Shown here: piece by piece, positions 12,335 through 31,828 of the stretch
Numbering within the stretch: position 1 is the first letter of the stretch
Layout of the letters: every line of letters starts with the position of its first letter
NCBI GenBank assembly: GCA_002269645.1
Contig: NIVC01003568.1
Coordinates: 1-64,000, forward strand
Direction of reading: 5' to 3'
Origin: Macrostomum lignano
Lineage: Eukaryota
DNA length: 64,000 nt
Translations under genes and position numbers: made by a program
Notes under the pieces: generated by a model
Told to the model about the DNA's origin: nothing
The model's database searches: none
The model's input: the letters and a program-made list of their open reading frames with translations, nothing else

Positions 12335-15300
12335 ACTCCCCGCGCGATGCGAAACTCCGTCTGGCCAGGCAGCTGCAGGCTGAGGAGCACCGGCGCCGGG
12401 TTCGCGACCTGATGGAGTCGCAGCGCATCGCCGAGGAGGTCCGCCAGCGTCAGGAGGCCGAGCGCCGGCGCCGGGCGGAGGAGGCGCGCCAACGCGACGC
12501 CGAGCGCCGTCGAATTGTCGAGGAGCGCAAGAAGCGACTCGAGCAAGCGGACCGGGAGCGCCGGGTGGCCCTGCTGCGCCGTCTAACGGAGAGCTCGCAG
12601 CCGGAGGACCAGCAGCAGCAGCAGCATCAGGAGCGACGCCGAGGTCGCACTGGGATGCCGTTCGCTTTCGGCAGCTGCACGCCCAGAGAGGTCTGCGAGA
12701 CTGTTCAGCCGGCGGCGCTGCGCTCGCAGTCAGCTAGCGGCGGCGGCGGCGGAGGCCATGACTGTCGCGATGGAGAGAGCGCCCACATGCGCTCGCACAG
12801 GCGCGCTGTCAGCTGCATCGTCCGCGACGGTGAGGCTTTGTTGGCTTGGAGGAGGGGCGGATGAGTTTGGGGGGGCGGATGAGTTTGGAGGGGGGCGGAT
12901 GAGTTTGGAGGGGGGGGCGGATGAGTTTGGAGCGGGGCGGATAAGTTTGGGGGGCGAATGAGTTTGGAGGGGGCGGATGAGTTCCTTTGGGGGCGGATGA
13001 GTTCCTTTGGGGGCGGATGAGTTCCTTTGGGGCGGATGAGTTTGAGGGGGGGGCGGATGAGTTTGGGGGGCGGATGAGTTTGAGGGGGGCGGATGAGTTT
13101 GGGGGGCGAATGAGTTCCTTTGGGGGCGGATGAGTTCCTTTGGGGCGGATGAGTTTGAGGGGGGGGGCGGATGAGTTTGGGGGCGGATGAGTTTGAGGGG
13201 GGCGGATGAGTTTGGGGGGCGAATGAGTTCCTTTGGGGGCGGATGAGAACCTTTTCGGGGCGGATGAGATCCTTTTCGGGGCGGATGAGATCCTTTTCGG
13301 GGCGGATGAGATCCTTTTCGGGGCGGATGAGATCCTTTTCGGGGCGGATGAGATCCTTTTCGGGGCGGATGAAATCCTTTTCGGGGCGGATGAGATCCTT
13401 TTCGGGGCGGATGAAATCCTTTTCGGGGCGGATGAGATCCTTTTCGGGGCGGATGAAATCCTTTTTTGGGGCGGATGAGATCCTTTTCGGGGCGGATGAG
13501 ATCCTTTTCGGGGCGGATGAGATCCTTTTCGGGGCGGATGAGATCCTTTTCGGGGCGGATGAGATCCTTTTCGGGGCGGATGAAATCCTTTTTTTGGGGC
13601 GGATGAAATCCTTTTCGGGGCGGATGAGATCCTTTTCGGGGCGGATGAGTTTCTTTGGGGCGGATGAGCTCCTTGAGGGGGGTGCAGATGAGTTCCTGGT
13701 ATTCAGTCTTGTAGAAAAGAAACAATGGCATTATCGCCGAAGTCCTCACACGGAAGAAATGAGATCAGCGATATTCGATATTTTATATGCTTAAAATAAA
13801 CCAATACCGTAATAACACGGCTGTTCTGTCTGTCTGTGTTGCAAACATTTCTCGAGCAATGCTTGCATACGAGCTCGCATATCGAATGCTTCTTTTTAAA
13901 AAAAGGGTAGAAAAATGCTAAAACTTTCTTCGCAGTGTCTCCCCTCCAACTCTGGCCCGAGCGCTTTCACTTTAGGAGCCGTGACAAGTTTCCCATACTA
14001 AACAGTATTTTTAGCAAAAGTAATGTGAGGCTATGAAGCAGTCAAAGGCATCAGGTAAGCAATGCTAATGAATTGACACCTGCTTAATGCTTTATTGCAG
14101 GTTTGTGCCTCTTCTCAGCTCTCTTCTAAGTTCTCTCCTCTCTCTCCCCTCTTCTCTCTTTTCTCTCCTCTCATCTCTCCTCGTCTCTCTCCGAGCTTGC
14201 CCACCCCTGCTTTATTGGATCAGATAGATTGGATCAGATAGATTGGATCAGATAGATTGGATCAGATAGATTGGATCAGATAGATTGGATCAGATAGATT
14301 GGATCAGATAGATTGGATCAGATAGATTGGATCAGATAGATTGGATCAGATGGATTGGATCAGATAGATTGGATCAGATAGATTGGATCAGATAGATTGG
14401 ATCAGATAGATTGGATCAGATAGATTGGATCAGATAGATTGGATCAGATAGATTGGATCAGATAGATTGGATCAGATAGATTGGATCAGATGGATTGGAT
14501 CAGATAGATTGGATCAGATAGATTGGATCAGATAGATTGGATCAGATAGATTGGATCAGATAGATTGGATCAGATAGATTGGATCAGATAGATTGGATCA
14601 GATAGATTGGATCAGATAGATTGGATCAGATAGATTGGATCAGATAGATTGGATCAGATAGATTGGATCAGATAGATTATATCAGATAGATTGGATCAGA
14701 TAGATTATATCAGATAGATTGGATCAGATAGATTGGATCAGATAGATTGGATCAGATAGATTGGATCAGATAGATTGGATCAGATAGATTGGATCAGATA
14801 GATTGGATCAGATAGATTGGATCAGATAGATTGGATCAGATAGATTGGATCAGATAGATTGGATCAGATAGATTGGATCAGATGGATTGGATCAGATAGA
14901 TTGGATCAGATAGATTGGATCAGATAGATTGGATCAGATAGATTATATCAGATAGATTGGATCAGATAGATTATATCAGATAGATTGGATCAGATAGATT
15001 GGATCAGATAGATTGGATCAGATAGATTATATCAGATAGATTGGATCAGATAGATTGGATCAGATAGATTGGATCAGATAGATTGGATCAGATAGATTGG
15101 ATCAGATAGATTGGATCAGATAGATTGGATCAGATAGATTGGATCAGATAGATTGGATCAGATAGATTGGATCAGATAGATTGGATCAGATAGATTGGAT
15201 CAGATAGATTGGATCAGATAGATTGGATCAGATAGATTGGATCAGATAGATTGGATCAGATAGATTGGATCAGATAGATTGGATCAGATAGATTGGATCA

Positions 15301-18300
15301 GATAGATTGGATCAGATAGATTGGATCACCTTCTATGATTTTTAGCTGTTGGAGCTGGCACAGAAAAGTTTTTAACCTTCCTTCCCCAGAGGATATTTAG
15401 TGGATCCAACATGGGAAGGAAACCAAAGTTGGTTGGGAGTAGAGGTTTTATTGGCAAACGAAATTTGATTCGAGGTGCTGTTTGTTTTCTCCCCTTTTCT
15501 CTCCTCACACAGTCAGCTGAGCTTTGCAGTCACGCACAGGGGGAACTCATTCACTGCTGCTGACTCATTCTAAAGCTGCTCCGGGAAATGGCGAAAATGC
15601 AAATAGCTAGCTGGCTTGTCAGCTTAACACCTGACCTGTTGGTATAAAACGGGTCTTAAAATATGGATACTTAAGTCTGAATAAAGCTGCTGTATAATCC
15701 ACTCTCAGGTAGCTTAGATCAAGGAAAATGCAGTGGCAACCATGAAGCATTCATTACCCTTTCCTTCGTCATTAACAAGCGGGGTTGCGACTCCGGAAGG
15801 CGTATTGGAAAGGGTGTGTGCGGGCGCAGAGTAAGTGATTACTGGACCATTAAGTCTGGTCGAAGCCATGACTGCAGTCGAAGGAGATAAGGTTAGATTC
15901 TAGAGTGGTCTGTCTACTCATATCTGAATTGAACTGAGCGTTGCGTAACTTCTAAATGGGTTCGGTAGGCTCTTATAGCGAGCGTGAAGTTGCCTTACTA
16001 CTGCTAGTCAGGTTAACGAGATAGCAGATCTCGCTACTGATGCGAATGCTTTTCTCAAGAAATAACAGGCATAGATTAACTAGAGATTCTTTTAAAGAAA
16101 TTCAAAGTTTCAGGGGCGCCAGCACCAAGGGCGCCAGCACCAAGGGGCGCCAGCACCAAGGGGCGCCAGCACCAAGGGGCGCCAGCACCAAGGGGCTTTA
16201 GCACCAAGGGGCTTTAGCACCAAGGGGCTTTAGCACCAAGGGGCGCCAGCACCAAGGGGCGCCAGCACCAAGGGGCGCCAGCACCAAGGGGCGCCAGCAC
16301 ATACCCCTATACAGTGTCAAGTTGGTGTCAGGTTTACAATGCCACAATGAGTCATTGCAACGCATAGCCACGTGTATGTACTAATACGCTGGTCATAAAC
16401 CCAAGCTATAAAGTTTTTATAAGTCTAAACATACGCTCCGCCATACACTAAAAGCATTGAGTTTAGCGGTCTGTCAGTCTGACTGACACTACAATACCCG
16501 CACGCATGCGAGTTATAAGTTGGCGTGCTTTCAAAGTCGTTGTCTGCATGTTGGGTCTCCAACTCTCCAGATCCAGAGCTCGTGTCGCATTCTGAGTGCC
16601 TCCGCCCCTCGCCATATCCGAAACAATGCCCCAGCCCCAATAGACGCTCTGCATTCTCAACTTGCTTCTTCAAGAGAGCGATTTGAATGCATTGTCGCTA
16701 ACGCGCTGACTCATCCCTCTTACGTGGCTTATACAGCTTAGCGCCGCGCGAGACCGTGCCGGATGCGGGCAGCGCCTGTTCTGCTCGGGTGGAAGTTGGG
16801 CGAAGGGAAAGTTTCTGCTGGGGTGGGGGGATTATTTTTTCTCCTTCTTCCTATTTCTCTTGACCCAACTGCTTAGCCTAGTTTTACCTTTATTTAATCC
16901 AAAAAGCGGTAATTGATGTAACCGCCCTTGTCGCCTGTCCGCTCCGTAGAGAGACGAACGCATGGCTAGAGGGGGCAATGACCGTAGGCTGCCTATGACC
17001 GGGCAATGACCTGACGGACCTCCAGCACCAGACTGTCCCGCCCACATGATTAGTAGCTTTGGTAGCGCTTCGTGACCAGAGGGCCAAGGACCCACATGGA
17101 CCCCACCTGTAGCCAAGGTGCAATAGTTGGTCACTCGGTCATGGTATGACCGAGTGGTTGCCACCACTCTATGTGACCTGGCGCACCTGGATCTTTCTAC
17201 CAGACCTCTCGAGGCTAGAGCCCCGCCTGGATTGGTTACCAGGGGATTTAGGCTAACAGGGGAGACGCATGCAGCCGAGTACAGGGACTCTGCTTGGGGC
17301 ATGATCGGGAACTCTGGGCTCAATCCTGGAGGATTTCTCAGCAGGGGATCCTTTGTGGCTGTGAGCGAGGCTGACTTGCGACTTTGATTACTAAGAGTAG
17401 TATGAGGCGAACATGTACTGTCTACAGTTTAGATTGCTCAGGGCGAAGGGACGCGTTAGCATGGGGTTGCAACCTTCCTACTGCCATTCTGTGCCAAGAC
17501 TCGCTAATCCCTCTACTGCACGCACACGCGGCCCCGCAGCACGCACTCACAGGCGGGCTTTGCACGGGGAGAGGCCATTAGCTTACCCAAACTTCCTTAT
17601 GCTTTGCCACCCCGGGAGAAAGGCTTAGCAAGCCATGAGTGAAATGATGGTGAAAGATTGAATAATGATGAAGTTAGTTAATAGTTAATAATTAGGCCCT
17701 TAGGCAAATAAGCAGGCAATTAGGCGGCTTCACTATTGAGTAAAATACAGCAAAAGATACGGTATCACAATTGGCTCAGCTCTCTAATCAGACAATGGAA
17801 AATAGGCAAACCCCGGATAAGCAAAGGCAATTAGAGCACAAATTAGTAGTAGGAACTTACCGGCAGCTGCACAGAGAGAGAGAGAGGCGGAGTGACCGAG
17901 GGCGGCTGTAGGCTGCAGTCAGGCAGACGGTGAAGCGGCGATGCGCTGGAGCGACGAGGCGCTGATGTAGATCAGGCGATGCTGATGATGCTGGGCGGTA
18001 TCAGACCGCTGGCCGATAGGCGAGCTCACTTGGGGAGCTAAGGATAACTTGGCGGTAACAGACCGCGGACCGGCAGGGATTCGTCTTATAGACGAATGGG
18101 TCAGAACTCAATCTGACAGCAAGTCCAAAGAAGGACGAGGAGAGGAACAGAGATAAACTCAGTTGAGTATTCTCATGCCGAAATCGCTTCCTTTTATAGA
18201 CCTCACAGCCGCCTCCTCAAGGTCGTTACCATGGCTCCCTCTCTCTGATTGGCTGCCGGCAGAATGACGTCAGAATGAGTCATGATGAGAAGCATGAGAC

Positions 18301-21300
18301 CGGCATAGCAACATGAGAAATCGGGAAATTGCGCAATCCGGAGGTGGGGTGGGGGGATAATTGGCGCAGCGGGTGGTCGCGAAAGTGTTGCGCAAGCAAA
18401 CATTGAGAACAATAGGGCTGGGGTCGAGAACAAAGGAATTGGAAATCGGGGATAATTGGGGAAAACTGAGAACAATGGAAAAGTAAACATTGGAGAAAAG
18501 GTGATAATTAGGTGCGAAAACGAGAACAAAAGAAAGAGAAAATCGGAGAAAATGTGATAATTGGTGGGGGTCGAGAGAACAAAAGAAGCAAAAACGAGAA
18601 CAATAGAAGCGGAGGTGGGGTGGGTGTCACATGAGAAATTTGGGAAGGAGAACAATAGCGTGAGAAAAGGTTGCGCAAGAGAGGGGGATGAGTCATCGAT
18701 GAGTCACCGAGGGGAGAAGGGGTCACACGACTTGCGTCACCGTTTGGGAGTTTGAGAGGGGATGGGGAGACGGTGAGCACACAAAGTACTGTAAGTAGAC
18801 ACAGGGAAAGAGGGGACAGCGCAGGAAAAGAGTGCAGAGGGAGACAAAAAAAGGAGGAGGTAGAGAAAGTACAGGAAGAATAGGGCGGGAACAGAAGAGA
18901 TAGGGTAGAGGGGGAGGTACAGAAAGGGGTAGGGGCTCCGGAAAGGCAGGTGTGGCGGCAGGAGAGACGGGACCAAGGCAGCAGGAGGGGTGCAGCAGAG
19001 CGGGAGTCTCCAGGCCCGGTCGGAGACCTGGCCGAGTCTCGACAGCTCTGTGCAGAGGGTGCACGGGATAGGAGGCACTTTCGAAAAAGTTCCCATGCCC
19101 TATCCCGCGACCAGAGCGTGGTTACATCATAATCCTATTAATCCGTTCACCCTTATGAAGGCTAAATTCGTTGTGAATATGAAACGAAAAAAGCTTGCTT
19201 AGTTCTCTGTACAATCTGACAGGCCTGCAGCAAGATGGGGCGTCAGATGAGGGAGAAGACGGCGCCAATTTGCCAGCAACAGGAGCCCAGTCCATGCCCC
19301 GTATGGCCCCGAATACTTGTGTGCTCTTTGAACTCTTTTGAACCGTTGACTATCGGAAGATTTTGTTTACTTTTGGTTTTCATAATAATAATAAATTTTA
19401 TTATTTATTGATTACACCTGCCCCAATTGGGCCAGATGTGCAACCGACAGCTCAGCCGCAGCTATTGCTGGGGAGGGGGGTTCGCCACACACCTTGAATT
19501 ACCCCAGCTAATACTGGCACCCATTTTACAGCTGGGCAATGTTAAGTTAAGTGTCTTACTCAAGGATACAAATTGTTCCGAGTGGGGTCGAGAATCGAAC
19601 CCCCGACCTTCAAATCGTGAGTCCGACGCTCCAACCACGAGGGCTACAACCCTCATAACAATAGGGTCTATCGTCGGGGTAGAGCAGCTTCTCAAGCCTC
19701 GATCCCCCCCCGCCAAGTTCGATTCCGCGTGCACAGCCACATTAATTTGGGGCTTATCCTAAGACACAGAGAGTGCACATGCCTGACGATTAGAAAGCCA
19801 GGGCCGCTGTACACCCTATGCTCAGGAGTCAGCGGGATGGACAGAATCATCTCGCAGCTGAATATGTTTTTTTTGTTTCTATGGTAACCAAAAGTGCAAA
19901 ATAAATCGCATTGGTTCTTAGCTTTTTTCTGTGTAGTTTCAGTTGCTACTTTGTCTACTGCTTTTTTGGGGGTTTGGGGCAAATTTCCTGGCAAAAGCAC
20001 TGACCAAAAATGCCCCCTCGAACCCAACAATGACAGTTCCGAAACCGCGAACCGCCGATCGACACCATCCGGCAGCCTCGGCCAGCAGCAGCCTGGAGCT
20101 CAGCGGCGCCAGCAGCGGCGCCGTCCGCTTGAGGCGTCCGGCCGCGACTGTGGGATCCGCGCCGAGTCCTCGGCCGGCTTCACTGCGCGACAGTCAGCTG
20201 TCAACAACGTCGTCGACGTCAGCAAAGTCTTCGTCGGCTCAAGAAGCAGTTGGTGAGAAAAATTTCTACGAAATTTGCTTGTTTGCGTCAAGTTTGATTC
20301 GTAGCACTTAGGACAGTAGCATTCATTAGCATTGTTCACGAGGACTCGAGGACCTCGTCAGGCCCCGTGTGGCTCCAGATATGGCAGACAACAAACCTGT
20401 GCACAGCTTGTGAGTGGTTGCAACTCCGGCCCTGTGTTTAACTCGCAGCTCAAACGTGAGCCAGTGGGGGTTAGGCCGATTTGAGCACATGATCATGGAT
20501 AAATCTTGGTTTCCCTACATAGGAGCAGGAGGGTCAGTACAAGTGACTCGAGTCTTTACAAACTAAACACCCTTAAAACTCATCTCGCAGTCGCTAAGCG
20601 CCGACCGAAGGCGCCGAACGCGGAACGGCTCAGCCGACTTGCGCAGCCTCGAACGCCGGCCCAGGCCGCAGATTCCCCAGCGCAGGCGGCGCTGAAACGA
20701 TCTCCCCCTAAGCCGCAAAAGACGCCTTCGTCGGCGGCGCCTCAACGTGCGAGCGCGTCCAGTCGCCAGCGCTCGCCGGCGGCTCCACTGATGACGAAAT
20801 CCATGGTTGAGCTGCCTTCGGCTAAAAAGGCCAAGGTGAGCCATTTGAATGAACCAATAAAGCTAGAAGAGCTTAATAATACAATTTCAACGCCCCGAAC
20901 TTCGAAATTCAGGCCAACAACTCTGCAACGCACGAGACCGGAGCCGCCCCCGCGGCTGTCATGTCGACTTCCCTGGTCGGTGTTCCCACAAATCAGCCGC
21001 GCTCAATTCGACCAACCCAGCTGGCCCTGCCGAAGGCGCAGTCCGTGTCCGAGCTGCCGCAGCGACGATCCGTGGTTGCCCCGGCAACCATCGCCCCCGT
21101 GGCCGAGTCGAACTCTGAGGAAGAGGCGGCGGCCGCAGCAGCGGCTAAGGAGGCGAAACGCCGTTTTGAAGAGCAGCGTCGGCTGCACCGGGAGAAGCTC
21201 GAAGCGGAGCGCCTCGCCGAGGAGGAGCGCCGCCGCGCTGAAGAGGAGTTCCGGCGGCGACGCGCCGAGGAGCAGCGTCGGCGCGAAGAGGCGGAGCGGG

Positions 21301-22207
21301 CGGCTCAGGAAGCGGCTGAGCAGGCAGCAGCTGCCGAGGCCGAGGAGCGGAGGTGTGCGGAGGAGGAGCGCCTGCGACAGGTTCGTGCCCGATCTCCCTC
21401 GTCAGCTCCTGCTTACCCCCCCCCCCTCTAGCCTGTAAGCTGAATCTTCAGTGAGGCCTGTCGGTACATTCTGGGTAATTCACATTTTAGGAGGCCCAGG
21501 CCGCCAAGGAGGCTCGCGAACGAGAAGAAGCGGCCCTGGCCGAGAAGCTGGCAGCCGAGGAGGCCGCTCGCCAGGAGCGGCGCCGTCGCCTCGAGGCGAT
21601 CATGCACCGCGTCAAGCCGGCCGCCTCCGCAGCCGCCGCCTTCGCCGCAGCCGGAGCGGCCAACGCCGCTGCTTCATCGGCAGCAGAGGCAGCGGCTGCG
21701 GCTGCGGCAGCGACCACCTCGCCAACCGGTGACGCATCGATGACCGTGTCGATGCCACCGACGGTGCTGGAAGCCGAGCTGAAGCAGCAGTCTCCGCAGT
21801 CGCCAGCCGACCTGGCCGTTCTGGCCGACCGTCTCAAAGGCACAAAAGCGGCGGAGATCCTCGCCAGACGCAGCGGCAGCCAGAACACGCTGCTGACTCC
21901 GTCGACGTCTCTCGCTGACGTGTCCAATTCCTCCACCAATGTGTCTGACGACTCCACCGATGCCAAAGTGAAGTCGCGGCTGGCGGCTGTGCGGGCCCGC
22001 CTGAAGCCTGCGGCGCCGGTCGGAGAGGCGGCTCCAGCTGACTCATCGTCCGCTTCCACGCCTCCGCCGCCGCCTCTGCTGCCTTCGTCCGTGACGACTA
22101 CGACAACGACGGAGACGACAACATCGGCGGCGAAGGACGAGGACGCGGAGAGCGGCGTCAGCTCGCCCCAGTCGGCACTCGGCGAGGGTGACCTGCTAGC
22201 GGTGTGA
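12335..22207 (+). CDS. MAP7: MAP7/ensconsin-family microtubule-associated protein (5' end not located)
   Basis: Exons 12335-12829, 20037-20252, 20591-20835, 20913-21380 and 21491-22207 join in phase at GT-AG sites. It has an N-terminal charged coiled coil (LRLARQLQAEEHRRRVR...EERKKRLEQADRERRVALLRRL), a FAFGSCTPR motif, a Ser/Pro-rich linker and a C-terminal MAP7 helix (AAKEAKRRFEEQRRLHREK...ERRRRLEAIMHRVK). The family call is from remembered motifs; further exons may exist. Confidence 0.8.
12855..13690. repeat. G-rich ~19-21-bp minisatellite at the start of the MAP7-like intron
   Basis: Core ggggcggatgag; units grade from ...tttggag variants to ggggcggatgagatccttttc. Confidence 0.92.
14214..15327. 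repeat. 14-bp satellite (TTGGATCAGATAGA)n
   Basis: About 80 near-identical copies. Confidence 0.97.
16113..16299. repeat. 16-bp minisatellite (caccaaggggcgccag)
   Basis: About 11 copies, three of them with a ctttag variant. Confidence 0.92.
17860..18740 (-). promoter_or_regulatory. Antisense promoter module: TATA, CCAAT and clustered bZIP sites, followed by a putative non-coding first exon
   Basis: Minus-strand TATAAAAG 18198-18191; CCAAT 18252-18248; TGACGTCA 18265-18272; TGAGTCA at 18276, 18689, 18700; TTGCGCAA at 18329, 18388, 18671; gtaagt donor near 17860. Confidence 0.5.
19400..19652 (-). mobile_element. tRNA-derived SINE family A (CORE-like), copy 1
   Basis: Head gggttgtagccctcgtggttggagcg...gggggttcgattct (A/B boxes), then tccttgagtaagacacttaac...ctgtaaaatggg, similar to the MIR-type CORE. 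Shared with copies at 22.5 and 33.4 kb. Confidence 0.85.
19664..19860 (+). mobile_element. tRNA-derived SINE family B, diverged copy
   Basis: B-box-like agttcgattcc; shares acattaatttggggct and agggccgctgtacacc with copies at 33.8, 41.4 and 55.4 kb. Confidence 0.65.
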
Positions 22208-22454
22208 ATTTGCCAGCTGCAAACACTACTGTTCTCACAGTCAGTAGGATATGCTGGATATTCTATTCAGAATTAATTGGCTGCAATCGATTTTTAATGA
22301 GTTCATCCCGCATCCATTGACTATCAGAGTTGATTTGTATTCAAAAGAAGAAAACCTGTCTGTTTTCCCACTGAAAAAAATTTCCCGCACACAATGACCT
22401 TTATCGGAGACTCGGCGACTTTGGAAAGACTTTGGCAATAATATTAATTAAATA

Positions 22455-22713
22455 ATTAATTACACCTGCCCTAATGGGTTGCGCGGACTGCTGAAGGCTG
22501 CGTACGGCTGTTCAGTCCAAGGACTGGGGGGTCGCCACACACAGCCTCAATTACCCCAGCTAATGCTGGCACCCATTTTACAGCAAGGTGAACTGAAGCA
22601 ATGCAGAGTTAAGTGTCTTGCTCAAAGGACACAGATTGTTTAGAGTGGGCCGAGAATCGAACCCCTGACCTTTCAGTCGTGAGGCTGACGCTCTAACCAC
22701 TAGGCTACAACCC
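22455..22713 (-). mobile_element. SINE family A, copy 2
   Basis: Same head, CORE-like block (tcctttgagcaagacacttaac...tgtaaaatgggtgcc) and caggtgtaat tail as copy 1. Confidence 0.85.
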
Positions 22714-23919
22714 CCTCTGACAATAATAGCAGCATGGCAACAGTCAACTTCTGAGAAACTTTGATAAAAATTAGTCGCTGAAAACATATCCTGCGTGTTT
22801 ATAACTGCAATGATTGGTGTTTGAGTTCCTCATCTACATAATCACCTGACCGCTGTCAGAAAAAGCATTCCAAAGGCTGCATCAGCCACTCGCTTACTCG
22901 GTTCATTGTGTACTTTATGCATCTTTTCAGTGCACTTGCCAGACACTCGGCACTTCTTTTTGAAACCCTCCAGCCCCCCCCCCCGATTTTTAGCCGCAGA
23001 CAGAAAAAGCTGAGACATTTGTGAAAATTTGAGTCTGAAGTTTTTCTTTCTGCAATGTGAAATTGTGCAAGGGGTAGCCGCTTCCTGCTAATTATGGATT
23101 TTTATAGTTAATATCCGACTTGGTTGCCTCGAATTCAACACCTCGCCAGCTGACCGAACTTGCCGCGGAGCTCCCCTATGCGGCCGTATATTGGTCGCGG
23201 GTTCGACTCCTGCTAAGAGAGCGTTCCTCGGGCTCGGCCAGATTCGGCCAGTCCGGGTGTCCGACGCTGTCCAGGAGTGCCTCGGCCTCGGTTCGGGCGG
23301 CGGCGGGTGGTTGAAGGTTGAAGCTTATAGGCAATGAAAGCATGCAAATGGTAAACTAGCGAAGCATGCACCCCTTCGCAATGTGTTTCTTATTTAAGCT
23401 AGCTCTCTTCGGTTTGCTGATCAAGTTTTGTTTCTTTTTTTCTGCTTTTTTTCTTGCCCTTTTTTCTGCCGATTAAAAAATTCGAAAGTTTTTTGCGCTT
23501 TTTTCTCTGCTATGCTTTTTGCTGCAAAGAGATGGACTTCGCTGACGCGGTCAAAGCATGTCCTGCTCTCCTCCACGCCTCTCTCAAAAGAAGTGACAGT
23601 TGCTTTCGATCATTAACTGCGCAAGTGCGGCACTCTCAAGGCATCCTGTTTTACGGAGTTGTATCACATCCCACTTAGAGTAGTCCCCCCTCTGCACATG
23701 AGACTTTTCAGCACCAGCTTTAATCCCTGGCACATATCACTTGAAAAATAAATACAAACAAATGCACTCTCTGTAATTCAATTGGACTGAACCGATCGCT
23801 TGCATTGACGGCATAGAATTCTGTCGCTTTGCTTTGACTCTCGTCTTTTTAATGAAGAAAACTAGTAAAATCCACTGTGGGAAATTTCTTTCTCTTGTTT
23901 TCTTTTCTCCTCCCTTCTC

Positions 23920-24275
23920 TTGTCTTGTCCTGTCTTGTGACTTGTCCTGTCTTGTGACTTGTCCTGTCTTGTCTTGTCCTGTCTTGTGACTTGTCCTGTC
24001 TTGTCTTGTCCTGTCTTGTCTTGTCCTGTCTTGTGACTTGTCCTGTCTTGTCTTGTCCTGACTTGTCTTGTCCTGTCTTGTGACTTGTCCTGTCTTGTGA
24101 CTTGTCCTGTCTTGTCTTGTCCTGTCTTGTCTTGTCCTGTCTTGTGACTTGTCCTGTCTTGTCTTGTCCTGTCTTGTGACTTGTCCTGTCTTGTCTTGTC
24201 CTGTCTTGTGACTTGTCCTGTCTTGTCTTGTCCTGTCTTGTCTTGTCCTGTCTTGTGACTTGTCCTGTCTTGTCC
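23920..24275. repeat. Pentamer-based satellite (CTTGT/CCTGT/GTGACTTGT)
   Basis: Direct degenerate 5-bp periodicity. Confidence 0.9.
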
Positions 24276-24855
24276 CTTTTTGTCTTATCCTGCTTGTCTT
24301 TTCCACTTTCTATTCACTTTCGCTCTTCATGTCTATTTACAGTAAGATAAGTTATTTATTGATTCGTTGTTTTTGTTAAGCGTATATTCTGCTGAACGCT
24401 GCTTTGCTCTCCGCAAACCATTTTCGTGAAAGTTTCTTGTTAAAGTTTAAAGCTTAACCACCAGCTAGAAAAAGCATAAGAAGGGATTAGAGCAGAGCAA
24501 AATGCCCAACTGGTCCTGAGAGCGTGCTGGCCAGTTTTTTTGCCCGAAAGTTACAAATCAAGATTGTCACCTTCTGAGCCTACTCAGCGGATAATTTACC
24601 TGCAGTTGCAGCCAGCTAGCTTTACACAGTTCAATCTTAGTATCGAAATCTAATCGCTCTGATCTGCGCTGAGCAGAGAGCAGCTCAGAACTCGAATGCG
24701 TCACCTGCGCGCGGGTCTCTCGCCTTGGCCTTATCAGTAGGTGCTCGGTTCTATTCTCGTATTTATTACTGAGCTGCGCCTGCCCGGCAGGTCAGCACCA
24801 AGCAGGTAAGAGAGAGAGAGAGGCTCCAAAGTAGAGGCTGAAAGCCAGAGAGGGG

Positions 24856-30858
<6,003 letters not shown>

Positions 30859-31828
30859 ACCGGAATTACTGCCGCTAGTAGTATGCATGGGATGCACACT
30901 TTTGAGAGACCGGCTTGCAGTGAGTAGCGGGATGCACTCCAAGGTGTCCGGCCAACACAATAAGCTGCGTAATTCTGCACTAAGTTTTGTATTGTAATTC
31001 CACTGGCTCTAAAAAAAGCAAAGTGGTCCTTGAGTAGATTTCACTTGGAACGGAAACCTATAGAAGAAGCTCTTCAATTTTCCAATTTTCCTGATTATCT
31101 CCCTTATTATGCTATTCGACTGACACTTCTAAACAATGTAATGTTTACATGAGGGGAAATGTAATGCCCCCCCCCCAAGTTTCTGCATAAGTAGTGTGTA
31201 TAGTCCATTAATTTTAGCCTTCTGTTGTTGTTAGCAGTCTTGCTCACTTGAGCACTGAACAGTAAGTATATGTAGAAATTACAGTGTAGAAACTGATTTT
31301 CCCAAATATATATTTTCTTTTATCTTCAGGACGAAGAAAGAGTTCTTTAAAAAGTGTGACGACCTCGAGTTCTTAGTCTCCCTTGATCAGGAATGTTCAA
31401 TGCAAATAAAGCGACAGAAGTTCCATAGACGACCATGGATTACAAAATGTGAGGATTTGTCAAATATAAAAAGCGTTGCCTTTGGCTGCCCAACAGCCGG
31501 CAGTGCTGACTCCCAATTCAGATCAATATATTTTCCGGGGCGCGTACGGCCCCGCTCTCTCCCTCGCTGCTCCAGCAATGCAAGCAAGTTTGTTAACTGT
31601 TCCGCCGAAAAGTAAATGGCATACAAAACTAACAAAAATGGCGACTGTGGGGTTTTGAACACAAAATGCCGAACAATTGAATAAGGGAAGAGTGAGGATT
31701 GGTGGGATAAATGCGAGGTTACAGAATGGAGAATATTTGCTACAACCGCGAGTTGCCGACGGCACAAAGTCGGAGGCAGTCGGGGAGATGAGAAAGCATT
31801 CTCCAAAGCCGAGAGCTTGCAGACGTGT

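Noticed and set aside
23170-23222. tRNA-like T-arm (gcgggttcgactcctgc) with an upstream hairpin
   Set aside because: No D-arm, poor acceptor stem, overlapping stems and a non-canonical loop; at most a SINE or tRNA remnant.
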